DNA of 64,000 bases from the human T2T-CHM13v2.0 reference genome, Homo sapiens. Location of the stretch: the NCBI RefSeq assembly GCF_009914755.1, contig NC_060929.1, one strand, 5' to 3'. The notes under the pieces are model-generated. The model did no database searches, was not told where the DNA came from, and was given only the letters and a program-made list of their open reading frames with translations. The stretch's first letter is position 1, and each line of letters opens with the position of its first letter. The translations under genes were made by a program, and so were the position numbers. Positions 34,402-49,203 of this stretch are shown here, in pieces.

Positions 34402-37400
34402 CCCCCTTTTATCTTATAAATGTAAATAAATTTTGTGTTCTACTCTGTAAATATTTATGATTATTTTAGTATGATATTAAATACTGACTGAAGTACATCT
34501 ATCACTCAGAGTCAGGTCAAGAAACAGAAACCATGCCCATTATTTTAACAGAAAATTTAATAGAAAAAGTTGATAACCACGTATTGGTGACCTAAAAAAA
34601 ATGTAGAAAGAGGGTACTGAGGTAGCAATGCAGAAAACAAAACAACTAACACACTAGGGCTGGGGAACAAAGGGAAGATTTAAGGATTATTAAGCCCTGG
34701 AAGAAGAAAGGAGGGGCCCCTGAGGGCTTGGCCATGTCTCTGAGGAGGGGACATGAATGACTGGTGTGGGTGTTTCTGTGGGGATCAATGAGGCTGGTTC
34801 TGAGCATGTGGGAAAAACTGCAATGTGGAAGCAACCGCTGCTACTGAAACATCTGTTTTTTCCAGCGAGGTAAACAATTGTCACTGGGCTTTGGGGTCAG
34901 TCAGTAACAGGAAACAGACCAGAAGAAAGAGATCCCTTCCTCCTTTTTCCTCCAACTTGCTGGCACTATCTAGCTCCCCCTCTTGGCAGAACCGAAAAGG
35001 GAGCAGCTGGTAAAACAGAAGTGTATTTCCAGAGTGTCAGCCACAGTCTCACAAAGCTAAAACACAATAAAGCAAGGTTGAAGCTGAGAGGCAATAACTT
35101 AATCATCAGCCCAGTACTCAGTTGTTTTCCAATAATAGTTCTAGTTGAATTGATGCACCATATTTATTCAGCCTATGCCTTCATATGCCTCTGCCAAACA
35201 TTTTACAGACTTGACAATGCACTGGCTTTGTCTATTACCAGCCTAGCATGAATTAGCTTAGAAGGCGTTTAGCAAGGGCCAAGGACACCAGTATTCCCAT
35301 TCCAGTTCAGCCACTTTTTTATGACCTGGGACACACCACTTTCTCAGTTACCTCTTATTGAACACGAGGGAGTTGCATCAAATTCTCTTCAAGTCTGTTC
35401 CAACTTTGTAATTACTGGAGATTATTATGGGAAAGCTCACCTTTTATAAGCATGGCTTTTGTGGAAAGGGAAGTCCAAAACACTGAGATTTCTAAGACTT
35501 TGTTGCGCATCCAGACATAGCTAAAGGGTAGGGACTGGGAGGAAAAGAGCCTTAGAAAGGAGATGTGGGAGAAGGAAACAAAAGCGGGATTAGAAAGGTG
35601 CTGAAAAGAAACCCACAGGGGTGTTAAGGGGAGAGCAGGTATGCAGAGCAGAGGAGAGCACCTGGCATTTCTGGGATTTGGATTACCTGAATTTTGCTTG
35701 ATAGTTCATCTTATGATTTCTGGTGGTTGTGAAATGTAAGCTTTGTGTGCTCTGTAATTCTGTGCAGCAACAAGATAGAATGGCACAGGTCTACTCAGGT
35801 GACAGCCAACCTTTCTTTTGTAGTAAGGAATTAGAGTCCCAGTGTTGAACACCTAATCCTCTCTTCCCTTGAGGGCTGTAAAAATGGAGAGAGAGACCTG
35901 CACATCTTGCCATCTGCCACAAGGCATTTCTTAATCCAACTCCCTTCATCTAGATGAAATACTTTGTGCTTGGCAGAATGGTGTTATTTCAATGTAATGT
36001 ATGTGTAACCTACTCCCTTGCCAAGGAAAGATTGCTTCTAACTAGATCACAGAAAAGACAGGTGTGAACCAAATGATAGACAACATTTCGCCAGACTTTG
36101 TGTGTTTGGTGTTAATGCCTGAATGCTAACAATTCCCCCTAGAACTCTCCCTTGAACTTGGTTACAAAACACTCTGTAATTAAATATCCCCTTTAAGATA
36201 TCATGGCTAATTTAATGAGGGCCAACCCCACTATAACAGATTGTTAATCTGAGCTGGTAGAGTTTTTTTCTCTTTGTTGCATCTTCAAGAATTTTTATTA
36301 CTGTAAGATAGTTGGTAATATTCTTTATTAGGCTGATACGTTTTGAATTGCTTTTCATTTTATTATCACATTAGTTCCTTCTTAATGGTTTTACTAGGAC
36401 TCAGAAGTCTCTGGAGTTTTAATAACCTCTCTTTTTTTCTGTACTTATAGTCATGGAATTAATTTTATAAAATCACGATCCTTCACTGAATATGTCATTG
36501 GGCCAAAAGAATAAAATTCAATAAGAAGAATTAGACCTTGAAGAGTGACTGACGATTCATCATGCTACTGATTTTTCACTTTGAGACTTTCATTTGCTTT
36601 GCAGCAGCACAATTTCTGTTCTTTCCACCTCTAAGAATATACTTTAGGCTGAGGAATACTTTGGAATTCTTTGAACTGAGGATTATTAAACTTTTTTATA
36701 TAAGCTGAATTTTTTAAATATAGGAAAGTACATATTCTTACTCATCTAAGAAAATACAACTCTTTTGTAGCTGGCTTTGTTTAAAGAACAGATAACAATA
36801 AGGTGAATTTTTAAAATCATCAAATTATCAATCAACCAGTTTTCTTAGGATCTTATTTTCATGTTTATCTTCCTTGATCCATAGTGGTAGCAATTCTCTC
36901 AAAAATAAATATCTACTAATTAAAGTCCTGAGATCAAAACTCCTTTATTAAATATAATTTAATTGGTGTGAATTAATATTAAAAGAACAAAATGTCACCT
37001 ATAACATAGTCTGAAAGAACAAAAATTGTAAATCACTTTTTAACTTAGCCATTGCCAAGCAATGAGACTATCAAGTGGAAATCAGTAGTCAAATTTTCAA
37101 AGAGGAATAAATAATTAAGTGCCTGATAACAATATTAAGAATTGGGTGAATTAAAATCATAGTTACAAAAGATTCATTATCAAACGAAGGATTATTTCAG
37201 GTGATAAGAAACTTCTTTTACAGGTATATAACTGAATACATACATTGCTGCTACAGTCTCTCTGGCACCAGCAAATTAGAATATTATTACCCTTATGTCA
37301 CAATTTCTCCTCTAAATCTAACACATAATGGATGTGCAATAAATGTCTACTGAATGAATGGTTTTGTGCAGTTAATGGGTTTAATCAGTTAAAAGAGAAC

Positions 37401-37624
37401 TGAGCTTTTCAAACATAACTCCTTGGTCAGACAAAGCCGCAAATTTTGCAGCTTGTCAATTATTGATGGATTTGATCTTTTAACAATTCATTTGGGAAGC
37501 TGAATTATCTCTAAAGATATTTAAATAAGTAAACTATTAAGGTGATAACCAAACTAAGACACAAACTATTAATATGTTGGTTCTTGACACATATAAAACT
37601 AAACACAGATTTTAATTTCTTCAA

Positions 37625-38810
37625 AAGCATCAGGTATCCAAATAGCTTCACTGGTAAAAATCTACCAAATGTTTAAAGAAGAATTAACATCAATCCTTCA
37701 CAAACTTTAAAATAAACTTCAAAAAAATTGGAAAGGAGGGAACACTTCTGAACTCATAAGCCCAGTATTACTGTGATTCCAAAAACAGGTAAAAAAGTCA
37801 TAGGAAAAGAAAACTACTGACCAATATCCTTTATGAGTCTACGCATAAAAATCCTCAACAAAATACAAGAAAACTGAGTCCAGGAACATATAAAAAAAAT
37901 ATTTACCATAACCAAATGGGCTTTATCTTAGGAGTATGAGTTGATTCAATATATAAAAAACAATCAATGTATTAAAAATACACTGTACTACTTAAGAGAA
38001 GAAAAAAACACCATATGATCTTCTAACAGAAACGGAAAAAGTATTTGACAAAATTTAACACCCTTTTACAATAACGATGTCCCATAAATCAGGAATAGAA
38101 GATAACTTCCTCATCCACTCACCACTTCTATTCAACATTGTATAGGAAATTCTAGCCAAGGCAATTAGACAAGAAAAAGAAAAAAAGACTCCAGATTAGA
38201 TGACATAACGTTATGTATAGGAAATCCTGAGAGATCCACAAATAAACTATTAGATCTAATAGATGTGTTTAGAAAGGTTACAGGACAAGGCATGGTGCCC
38301 TATGCCTATAATCCCAACACTTTGAGAGGTTGAGGTGAGAGGATCACTCAAGCCCAGGAGTTTGAGACCAGCCTGAGCAACATGGTAAGACCCTATCTCT
38401 ATAAAAAATAAAATAAAATAACTAGTCACACAAGGTGGCACACGCCTATGGTCCCAGCTACTCAAGAGGCTGATGCAGAATTGCTTGAGCCAGGAGGTCA
38501 AGGTTCCAATGAGCTATGACTACACCACTGCACCCAAGCTAGGGTGACAGAGCAAGACCCTGTCTCAAAAAGAAAAAAGAAAGGTTACAGGATGCAAGAT
38601 CAATATGCAAATTGCATCTCTATACACCAGCAATGAACGATCTGGAAAAGCAATTTGGAAAATAATTTACAATAGTATATATTTAGGAATAAACTTAACA
38701 AAAGAAGTGGAAGATTTGTATGGGAAGCCTACAAAACATTGTTGAAAGAAATTAAAGACCTAAGTAAAGGGAACAACATCCAATTTTTGTGAAGCATAAG
38801 ACTTAATACT
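37625..38810 (+). mobile_element. Old L1M ORF2 fragment, interrupted by AluJ (38286-38580)
   Basis: CAAATAGCTTCACTGGTAAAAATCTACCAAATGTTTAAAGAAGAATTAAC, AAAAAGTATTTGACAAAATT, CACCACTTCTATTCAACATTGTA. Alu TSD AGAAAGGTTACAGGA. Confidence 0.8.
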
Positions 38811-39060
38811 ATGAAAATCTGGTTATGTTTTAAAAAGTGTATAGAAGGTTATAGCAGTTAAGCAAAGATGAAAATGAAAACTCTAAAAATCATACTTTGA
38901 TTAAAGTCACATCTATTTTACTTAGGGAAATAATTTTTATCATCACTTTTCTTTATCATAGAGTGTTAACACAAAAATGTATCACATCAAAGCTACATTT
39001 CTGTAGGGCAATGGCTAATAAAATGACCCCAAATATCACTCTATCTTCCTCTTTTGTTAG

Positions 39061-39420
<360 letters not shown>

Positions 39421-40459
39421 TGACTCCCTTTTCTCAGCAAGTTTTACCATTTTACAAAATATTAATATTTGATCAGTGATGTTTAAATAAAGCGCCAGCC
39501 ACAGTAATGACACTATTTTCAGAGACGGAGTTCTTTTCTTCAGTTTCTGCACCTTGCATCTATTGACTGACTCACTGAAAATTTTACACATTTTACAAAT
39601 TTTACCATTTACACATACTGTCTGTGTATGTATGTGCCTAATTTTGTAAAAACAATTACAATCAGGTCAAGGAAATAACTGTAATCTAATGTTCATTAAA
39701 GTGAAGATCGATCTCAAAATATAATTATAAAAGTACAGCTTAATTCTCTCATAACCTCAGATGTACAAATTGACTACAAATCTAAAGACCAATCTTTTAT
39801 TCTTCCCCAAAGGCAGTGAAAAAGACTAAAGAGGCTCCTGAAGGTTTAAAACACTGGAGGATAAAATTTCCATTATGTTTAATATCATTCTAGCAGTGAT
39901 ACTCTGGATCTGTGATAGATTTTAGAGGGCACTGAACGTATTGGATTTGAATTATAATGATCAAATCTATCAATCATTATCATAATAGATTTCTTAATTA
40001 AAACACATTATAACTATAATGGTTATAATACCTTTCTTATAAGAAGCCTGCTTTTCAGACTTCCATCACTAATCCATGTAAAAGGAGGGAGGCAACAGAT
40101 ACTATTAATAATATCTCCATTTCATATTTTAAATAGACAGAAATGAAATGCTTAGCACAATGTCACCTGACATCACAAACATTTTTAACACTAGGCCAAA
40201 GGAGAGAGAAAACAAGCATAACAAACTAAGCATTTGGCACCTGTCATTTAGGGACTAAAAATTTCTACTCTAGGTCAAAGATTTTACAGGTTGAATGTGA
40301 ACATAACAGTACTAAAGTTCATACAAGTATCTCTGAACTGGAATGACATTTAGATGTTACTAATACAAATGGGATAAAAACACTGAAAATGCCCTCTTTG
40401 AAACAATAGCAATGAAAAATACAGCAGTTCCTACAAAGTTTAAGAAAGTTGTTCATAAG

Positions 40460-40750
<291 letters not shown>

Positions 40751-40949
40751 TTGTTCATAAAGACTTGAAGTTGGCAACAGGAGAATTTTTTGAAAATAAA
40801 GGAGATAAAGAAAAAAATATTTAGAGCTAGCACATACCTACATATTTTCTCACCATCCCACTATCTAGCATACAGTCAGAGAGCTTTTTTCTGCAAATGG
40901 AAAATTTCACATGAATATAGGCAAATTGGAAACCTAATTCAGTGATGAC

Positions 40950-42140
40950 ACTATTTTCACACTTTTTAAATTTCTTATGGTATTGATAAAAGATATATAT
41001 TTGTCTGGTAGTTGCCTTTATATATTTATAGTGCCTTTACACACCTTTCTTCTTACCATTTTACTATCTGCTTTTCAGTCTTCACTGGAATCCTTTGACT
41101 GCCACATATTAGCTGTATAATAAGCAATGGTCTTTTACCATTTTCCCCTTTCTCTCTTTTTTCCTATATCATGGTGACATTTTTTTCAACTTTGTCAGAA
41201 CCTATGACTTTTGCATATTTTTTCTACTCACATTTCCACTCTAGTTTTAATCTTAATTCTACAATAAAATATATTAAATTGGCATCATTAGTCCTTTTGC
41301 TAAAATTTCCCTAGTTGTTTGTAAGTTTGATGAAGCTCCTCTTCTGGTAGACACGTCAGAAAAGGTTCCTGAGTACAGTATTCCCTGAGTTCCTGTACAT
41401 GTAGAACTATTTTTATACAGCTTTGATTCTTAATGAACAGCTCAACTGAATGTAGAATTCTTGGCTTGCACTTTCTTTCCTTGAGTTTCTTAAAAATGTT
41501 GCTTCACTGTTACTTTGTTTGTACACTGCTATTGAGAAAGCTAATGCCAGCCTAATTTCCTTACCCTTCTAAGTAATATTGTCTTTTTGCATGGAGGCCC
41601 TGGGGAATTTTTTCTTTGTCTTTAAAATCTAAAAATTTTACTACACTATTATAGCCTAGAGTTGATTATTCCATTCCATTGTTCCAGGCATATCATGGGC
41701 CATTTCAATATTTAGATTAAGGTTTTCTCTTATTTCCAGAAAGTTTTCTTGAAATATAGTTTTAAGTATTAGACCTGTTTCATTGTTTTATTTTTCTTCT
41801 TCTTCAAATATGCTTTCATTTATTCTTCTTTCTTGAAATATAGTTTTAATATTAGTTCCGGTCCATGGGTGGTAGTAAATCTTCTTCTCTTTCTCCTCCT
41901 TTGCTTCCTCCTCCTCCTTCTTCCTCAGTATCATCTTCTTCATCTTCATTGTCTTCTTCTTCTCCTTCCCTCCCTCTTCCTCTTCTTCAGTTTTACAAAT
42001 GTTAGATTTGCTTTGCCTCTCTTCCAATTCATTCACTTTCTATCTGACGCTTTTTACTCCTGTCTTTATCTCATTATATTCTTGGTTGTTTGCCTACCTG
42101 TTATATTCTTGGTTGTTTGCCTACCTTTATTTAATGGTCT
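40950..42140 (-). mobile_element. Ancient L1M fragment (antisense), containing a CT-rich low-complexity tract (41880-41990) and a 27-bp tandem duplication (42074-42126)
   Basis: T-rich L1M-like sequence (TTGAGAAAGCTAATGCCAGCCTAATT). TTATATTCTTGGTTGTTTGCCTACCT occurs twice. Confidence 0.55.
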
Positions 42141-44348
42141 TATTAAAATTTCCAGGTACAAATAGCTTCACTAATAAATTTTACCACTGCTTAAAGAAGG
42201 AATAATAGCATTTGTGTGTCTAATTCTACATAAACTCTATCAGAAAAGAGAAAATAAGGAAACACTCCTGAACTAAAATGGCCAGCATTGCCCTGATACC
42301 AAAACCTAAAAAAGACCTTTGCAAGAAAAGAAAACTAAAGATCACTATTCTTTATGAATATAGGATACAAAATTTATCACCAAAATATTAGAAAATGAAA
42401 TCAAGTAATCATAAGAAAGATTATTCATTATATCCAAGTGCAATTTATCTTCGCAATACATGGCTAGTTCAACATTCAAAAGTCTATTAATGTCATTCAT
42501 CATGTCAGCAGACTAAAAAAGAAAACATGCAATCATCTTGACAGAAACAGAAAAAGCATTTTGAGGAATGCTTTTAATCAAATGATTGACATCAATTCAT
42601 TATTTGTAAAACCTCAGCAAACTAGGAATATAATAGAACTTTGTCAAGCTGATAAAGATCATGCTCAAAAAAACTACAGCTAAAGTTAACATAAAGCTTC
42701 ATGGTGAAAGATTGAATACTTTCTTCCTAATACACGATAAAAGGCATGGATGTCTTCTTTCCCCGCTCTTATACAACATCAAAGTGAAGATCTTCACCAC
42801 GGCAATAAGGCAAAAAAAAAAAAAAAAAAAAAAAAAAAAGAAGGCGTACAGATTAGAGAGGAAGAAATAAAACTGTCCCAATTTGTAAACAAAATTGTGT
42901 ATATTAAAAATCACAAAGACAGCTTGGCCAACATGGCGAAACCCCATCTCTACCAAAAAATACAAAAATTAGCTGGGCATGGTGGCACATGCCTGTAGTC
43001 CCAGATACTCGGGAGGCTGAGGTGGGAGAATCGCTTGAACCCAGGGACAGAGGTTCCAGTGAACTGAGACCACACCACTGTACTCCAGCCTGGGTGACAG
43101 AGTGAGACCTTGTCTCAAAAAAAAAAAAAAAAATCATAAAGAATCTACAAAGGAACTACTAGTAAGCTTAGCAAAGTCATGCTCAATATATAAAAATATA
43201 TAAATATATAAGTATATAAAAATCAGTTGTAATTCTATGTACAAGGAATAAAACAATTCTAATTACAAACTGAAGTTTTTTAAATACCATTTACAATAGT
43301 ACCCAAAACATAAAATACTTAGGTATAAATCCAAAAAAATGTGCAAGATTTATATACTGAAAACTATAAAACACTGATGAAAAATTTTAAAGACCTAAAT
43401 AAATGTGAGATAGACCACGTTCATAGATTAGAAGACTCAATATTGTTCAGATAGCAATTCTCCCGGTTTAATAGATTTAATGTAAACCCTTTCAAAGTCC
43501 CAAATACTTTCTGGTAGAAGTTGATAAGAAATGCCAATGAAAAGACAAAGCAATTTCAATATCGAAAACAATGTTTAAAAGGAACAAAGTTGGAGATGCA
43601 CCATCCAATTTCAAAATGTACTATAAAGCTGCAATACTTAAGACTGTATAGTATTAAATAAAGGATAGACACATAAATCAGTGGTACAAAATATACAGTT
43701 CCGAAGTAGACTCACATTTACTTTGGCCAATTAATTTTCAACACAGATGCAATGGCAATTCAACGGAGAAAGAATAGTCTTTTGAACAAATAGTACTGTA
43801 CCAATTGGGTAGCCATATGCAAAGAAATAAACCTTAATCCATATCTTATCCCATAAAAACTAACCCAGAATGAATCATAGGCCTAAACCGTAAAACCTAA
43901 AACTATAAAACTTCTAAAATTACACATAGAAGAAAATCTTTGTGACTGTAGCAAAGATTTCTTAGATACGACACCAAAACACAATTCATAAAAGAAAAGA
44001 CTGATTAAATTTGACTTCATCAAAATTAAAGACTTCTGCTTTGCAAAAGACACTATTAAGTGAATGAAAAGAAAAACTAGGCTGGGCACAGTGGCTCATA
44101 CCTGTAATCCCAACACTTTGGGAGGCCGAGACAGGAGGGTTGCTTGAAGCTAGGAGTTCAACACCAGCCTAAGCAACAAAGCATGACCCTGGTCTCTATT
44201 TTAAAAAGAGAAAGGAAGAAGGGAAACAAAAAAAAAAAGAAAGAAAAGCCCACAAACTGGGAGAAAATATTGGCAAAACACATTGAGCCAAGCGTGGTGG
44301 CTCACATCTGTAATCCCAGCACTTTGGGAGACTGACGCGGGCAGATCA

Positions 44349-44627
<279 letters not shown>

Positions 44628-44717
44628 TTATCAAAACTCAATAGTAAGTAAACGAACAACCCAATTTTTAAAATAGTCAAAAGATCTGAACAGACACTTC
44701 ACCAAGGAAGATCCATA

Positions 44718-45539
44718 GGTAGCAAGCAAGCATATGAAAAGATGCTCCACAGAGTATGTCATTAGGAAAATGAAAAATGAGACCCTAATAAGAAACCAGT
44801 ACATCAGGACAGAAGGGAGAAAACTAAGAAAACCAAGTGCTGATGAGGAAGCACAGCAACTGGAGCTGTCGTACACTGCAGGTGAGATTGCCAAATGGAA
44901 CAGCACACTCAGGCAGCTTGGTGGGCCAGGCCCAGGGGCCCCTGCTCTGTGCAGCCTGGGGTGGAATTGTATGGTTTGGCTGTATCTTCACCCAAAATCT
45001 CATCTTGAAATGTAATCCCCATAATCCCCACATGTCAAAGGTGGGACCAGGCGGAGGTAATTGGATCATGGAGGCAGTTTCCCCTATGCTGTTCTTGTGA
45101 TCATGAGTGAGTCTCACGAGATCTGATGGTCTTATAAGCGTCTGGTATTTCCCCTGCTTGTACTCTCTCTCTTCTGCCCTGTGAAGAAGGTGCCTGCTTC
45201 TATTTTGCTTTCTGCATGATTGTAAGTTTCCTGAGGCTGCCCCAGTAACGCAAAACTGTGAGTCAATTAAACCTCTTTACTTTATAAATTACCCAGTCTT
45301 GGGTATTCTTCATAGCAGTGAGAGTGCAGACTAATACAGGTAGCAGGCAAGCATATGAAAAGATGCTCCACATAGTATGTCATTAGAAAAACACAAAATG
45401 AAACCCTAATAAGAAACCAGTACATTAGGATAGAAGGAAGAAAACTAAGAAAACCAAGCGCTGATGAGAATGCAGAGCAACTGGACTGTCACACACTGTT
45501 GGTGAGAATGCCAAAGGGTACAGCACACTCAGGCAGCTT
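44718..45539 (+). repeat. ~202-bp direct duplication (44718-44919 and 45339-45539) flanking a THE1 insert
   Basis: Hand alignment gives about 21 substitutions and 1 indel (~89% identity). Confidence 0.93.
44920..45338 (+). mobile_element. THE1D-like LTR (44967-45338) preceded by ~47 bp of internal sequence
   Basis: GTGGGCCAGGCCCAGGGGCCCCTGCTCTGTGCAGCCT, then GGGGTGGAA (polypurine tract), then TTGTATGGTTTGGCTG...AGACTAATACA. Confidence 0.88.
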
Positions 45540-47043
45540 CTCATAACATTCACATACAACCCCACTTACTTACCCAACGTCAACAAAAACTCACGTTCAT
45601 AACAGAAAACCTGTACGCAAATGTTTATAGTGACCTTATCCATAATCATCAAAATGGGGAAAATCCAAATGTTTCCCTACTGGTGAATGGATAAACAGAC
45701 AGGTACATCCATACAATGGACCGCTACTCATTGATGAAAAGTAATTAACATGCAACAATATGGATGAAACTCAAATGCATTATACCAAGGGAAAGAAGCT
45801 GGACTCAAAGGGCAATCACATTCTGTGTGATTCCACTTATGCGGCCTTATAGAAAAGGCTAAACTAATTGCACTCCAGCCTGGGCAACAGAGTGAGACTC
45901 TGTCTCAAAAAAAAAAAAAAAAGAAAGAAATAAAAGGCTAAACTATAGGGACAGAAAACAGATCAGTGGTTACCAGGAAGTAGGAGTTAGAGACGAGCTG
46001 ACTTAGGGGGCACAATGGAATTTTGTGGATAATGGAATTTGTCTACCTCTTGATTGTGGTGATAGTTATGTGACTGTATGAATTGTTAGAACTCACAGCA
46101 CTGTAAACCAAAAAAGGTGAATTTGTCTCTATGTAAATCATACCTCAGTTTTTTTAAGTATATGACTTTCATATTCTTCTGTTAACACCTGGAAACATTA
46201 AACTAAAACATTCCTACATAGCACTTACATAACTTATCATTATCAACCTACACTCAGAAGATATTTCTATTTTCTCAGGACAGAATATTGGTTTTTCTGA
46301 ACAAACGATTGAAAACTGAAAGCAAATACTATCAAGCCCACTTTGAAACTTTCTCCTGCTGTGGGGAAAAATTGCCTATAAATTGCAAATCACTGTCCTT
46401 CATCATTCCCCTTCACACACAAATTGAGCAGTAAAATCCTCTTTCTTGTTTTAATTTCAGCAATAGTTCATTTGCTTCTGGGAAAGAATTCATCATAATC
46501 AATCTGATTATTTTCATGTTTGCTAGCAGTTTGCATGATTTGACCAATAGTCATATGGATAATTTGAAATATGTTTGTTCATATCAGTCTAACAATAATC
46601 CATTATGTTCTGTAGCAAAGTAATTCTTTATGCCTGAAAAAAAAAAATCAGAATCATCTGTTTTAATGCAAACTCACCTGACACAGGATAAAATTCGTCT
46701 TAAATGGCACTGAGTAAAACCAACCTGAAGAAATAATCACCAAATGACTGAAGACACAAAACACCTACTCGTGAGCCAAACCATGAAGCAGAATAAAATG
46801 TAAATCACGTACTTATCTCATCTCAGAGAACAGCTGAGCACTCAAGCTTTTCTTCTTCTTTTTGCCTAAGTGAGTGGAAATGTTTTCCTTTCATTTACTG
46901 GAAACAAAAGTGATGCCGCATCAGCAGATAGGCTACGAAATAAAACATTAAAAAAAAAAAGATGATGCCTAGTTAATGGAAACAAGGCACACGACAGGAG
47001 ACTCCATTAGGGCATGAATTTTGCAATAAAAAACTGTATTGGG

Positions 47044-47337
47044 AGCCGGGCTCAGTGGCTCTCACCTGTAATCCCAGCACTTGGGGAGGCCGAGGCGGGC
47101 AGATCGCCTGGGATCAGGAGTTCAAGACCAACCCAACCAACATGGTGAAACCCCGTCTCTACTAAAAATACAAAAATTTGCCGGGCATGTTGGCAAGTGA
47201 CTGTAGTCCCAGCTACTAGAGAAGCTGAGGTAGGCGGATCGCTTGAATCTAGGAAGTGGAGGTTTCAGTGAGCCGAGATCGCACCACTGCACTCCAGCTT
47301 GAGTGACAGAGTGAGACCCTGCCTCAAAAAAAAAAAA
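47044..47337 (+). mobile_element. AluS
   Basis: Alu dimer with poly(A). TSD TGTATTGGG. Confidence 0.93.
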
Positions 47338-47834
47338 CAATTGTATTGGGGAAAATGTACATGTGGAAAGAAAAGGCCTATGATCCTATCAAGGACAGAA
47401 AGAGCACACAGCACATGCCAGGACCCACGGGGTCCAAGATGCAATATAGATAGGACAGCCAAAAATACACCAAGTTAGCGGTGGAGGGAGCATGAGAGAA
47501 GTCAGCTCAGCCAACCAGTGAACAGGAAGAAAACCATTAAGTGGAAAAGAATTCATAAATTGTAAATAAAATCAGAAACATGATCAATGTGAAATAAAGA
47601 ATTCTATTTTTGGAACACACCCTCCCCAAAAGACATGTTTTGACACATCATAAATGAAAAATGTTAGTAGAGGGAAATGTTCTCTCAATTAGTCATTATG
47701 CTAAGAGAAAATTTGTTATTAAAAATTCCATTTTGGACTAATTGGACTTTAGGAAGGTCCTTATAGACAAAAGAGAGAAACAGAAGCTAGAAGAGAGCAT
47801 CACTGAGTAGATTATTAGCTAAATAAACAATCAA

Positions 47835-48131
47835 CCAGGTGCGGTGGTCCCAGCACTTTGGGTGCCCAAGGCAGGTGGATCGCTTGAGCCCAGGAGTTTG
47901 AGACCACCCATGGGCAATATGGAAAAACCCTGTCTCTACAAAAAAAAAAAAAAAAAAAAAGCAAAACTTAGCCGGGTGTGGTGGCGTATGCCTATATAGT
48001 CCCACCTACTCAGGAGGCTGAGGTGAGAGGATCAATTGAGCCCAGGAGGTAGAGGCTGCAGGGAGCCATGAACACACCACTGCACTCCAGCTTGGGCAAC
48101 AGAGGGAGAGCTGTCTCAAAAAAATAAATAA
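47835..48131 (+). mobile_element. AluJ
   Basis: GGATCGCTTGAGCCCAGG, expanded middle A-run. Confidence 0.92.
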
Positions 48132-48329
48132 GTATATAAATAAAAAATCTCCTAAGAGTGCTTAACAACAGCACAAATCTGATACAATTTGTCGGCTAGG
48201 GAGGTCTCAGGTGTCTGACCACAGCCCTGTCTCAAAGTTTGTGTCTGTTCCTCTCAAACAACATAGACAAGAACACTGATCACATGGTTATTAAAGTCGC
48301 ATGTGGCATAAAGTACTCAGAGATAACCA

Positions 48330-48900
48330 AATGATTGATTAAATTTACACCCCAAAAGCCCTAAATAACCCATAGCAATGGGGCAAATCTAACACGATGA
48401 AATTTAAAAAGGAATATATTTCAGGTTCCTCACTTGCTTCAAAAACATAAAACCCACTTGGGTCAAAAATAACTCCACTTAACGTGGTTTATATAAGATA
48501 TATTATGTGGCATATGTGGCTTATCAGAAGCACAAACAGAAATTCCACAGAAGTTGAGAGTGTGATGTCCCAGCCTCATTCAAGAGCAAGGAAAGGGGTG
48601 GTCTGTTCTCCTCTGCACTAGGTGCGCCACACCAGCGGCTGTGTCTGGCTCTAGGAGCCACATTCCAGAAAGACGATTTACAACCTAGCTTCTGTTAAGG
48701 ACAGTTACCAGCCTAGGGGACCATTGGGTTATGTAAAGAACTGTAAGAACAGAAGACTGGGGACACGAGAGACCTTCTGGCATTCCAAGTTCTAGCCCAT
48801 AGTAAAGTGTTAGATTTGCTCAGCGTGGTCCCCAGAGGGTGAAATTAGGGCCAGTGGGTGGCAAATGCTAGACAGCCAGGTTTTAGCCAGGTATAGGAAG
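48330..48900 (+). mobile_element. Possible CR1/L3 fragment
   Basis: GATGAAATTTAA...GGTTCCTCACTT and CTCTGCACTAGG...GCCACATTCCAGAAAGAC resemble degraded L3. Confidence 0.35.
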
Positions 48901-48909
48901 ACACTTCCA

Positions 48910-49203
48910 AGCTAGGTGTGGTCCCTGTAATCCCAGCACTTTGGGAGGCCGAGGTGGAAGGATCACGTGAGCCCAGGAGTTCAAGGCCAGCTTAGGCAAC
49001 ATAGTGAAACCCCATCTCTATAAAAACTTTTTTTTTTAAATTAACCAGATATGGTGGTGCGTTCCTGTAGTTCCCAGCTACTCAGGAGGCTGAGGCAGGA
49101 GGATCTCTTGAGCCCAGGAGGTCAAGGCTGCAGTGATTGCACCAATGCTCTCCAGCCTGGGCAACAGAGCAAGACCCTTTCTCCAAAAAAATAAAAAAGA
49201 AAA
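48910..49203 (+). mobile_element. AluJ
   Basis: GAGCCCAGGAGTTCAAGG and GGAGGATCTCTTGAGCCCAGGAGGTCAAGGCTGCAG. Confidence 0.92.

Noticed and set aside
41788-42165. Glu/Lys-rich and Leu-rich ORFs
   Set aside because: Translations of a CT-rich low-complexity tract.
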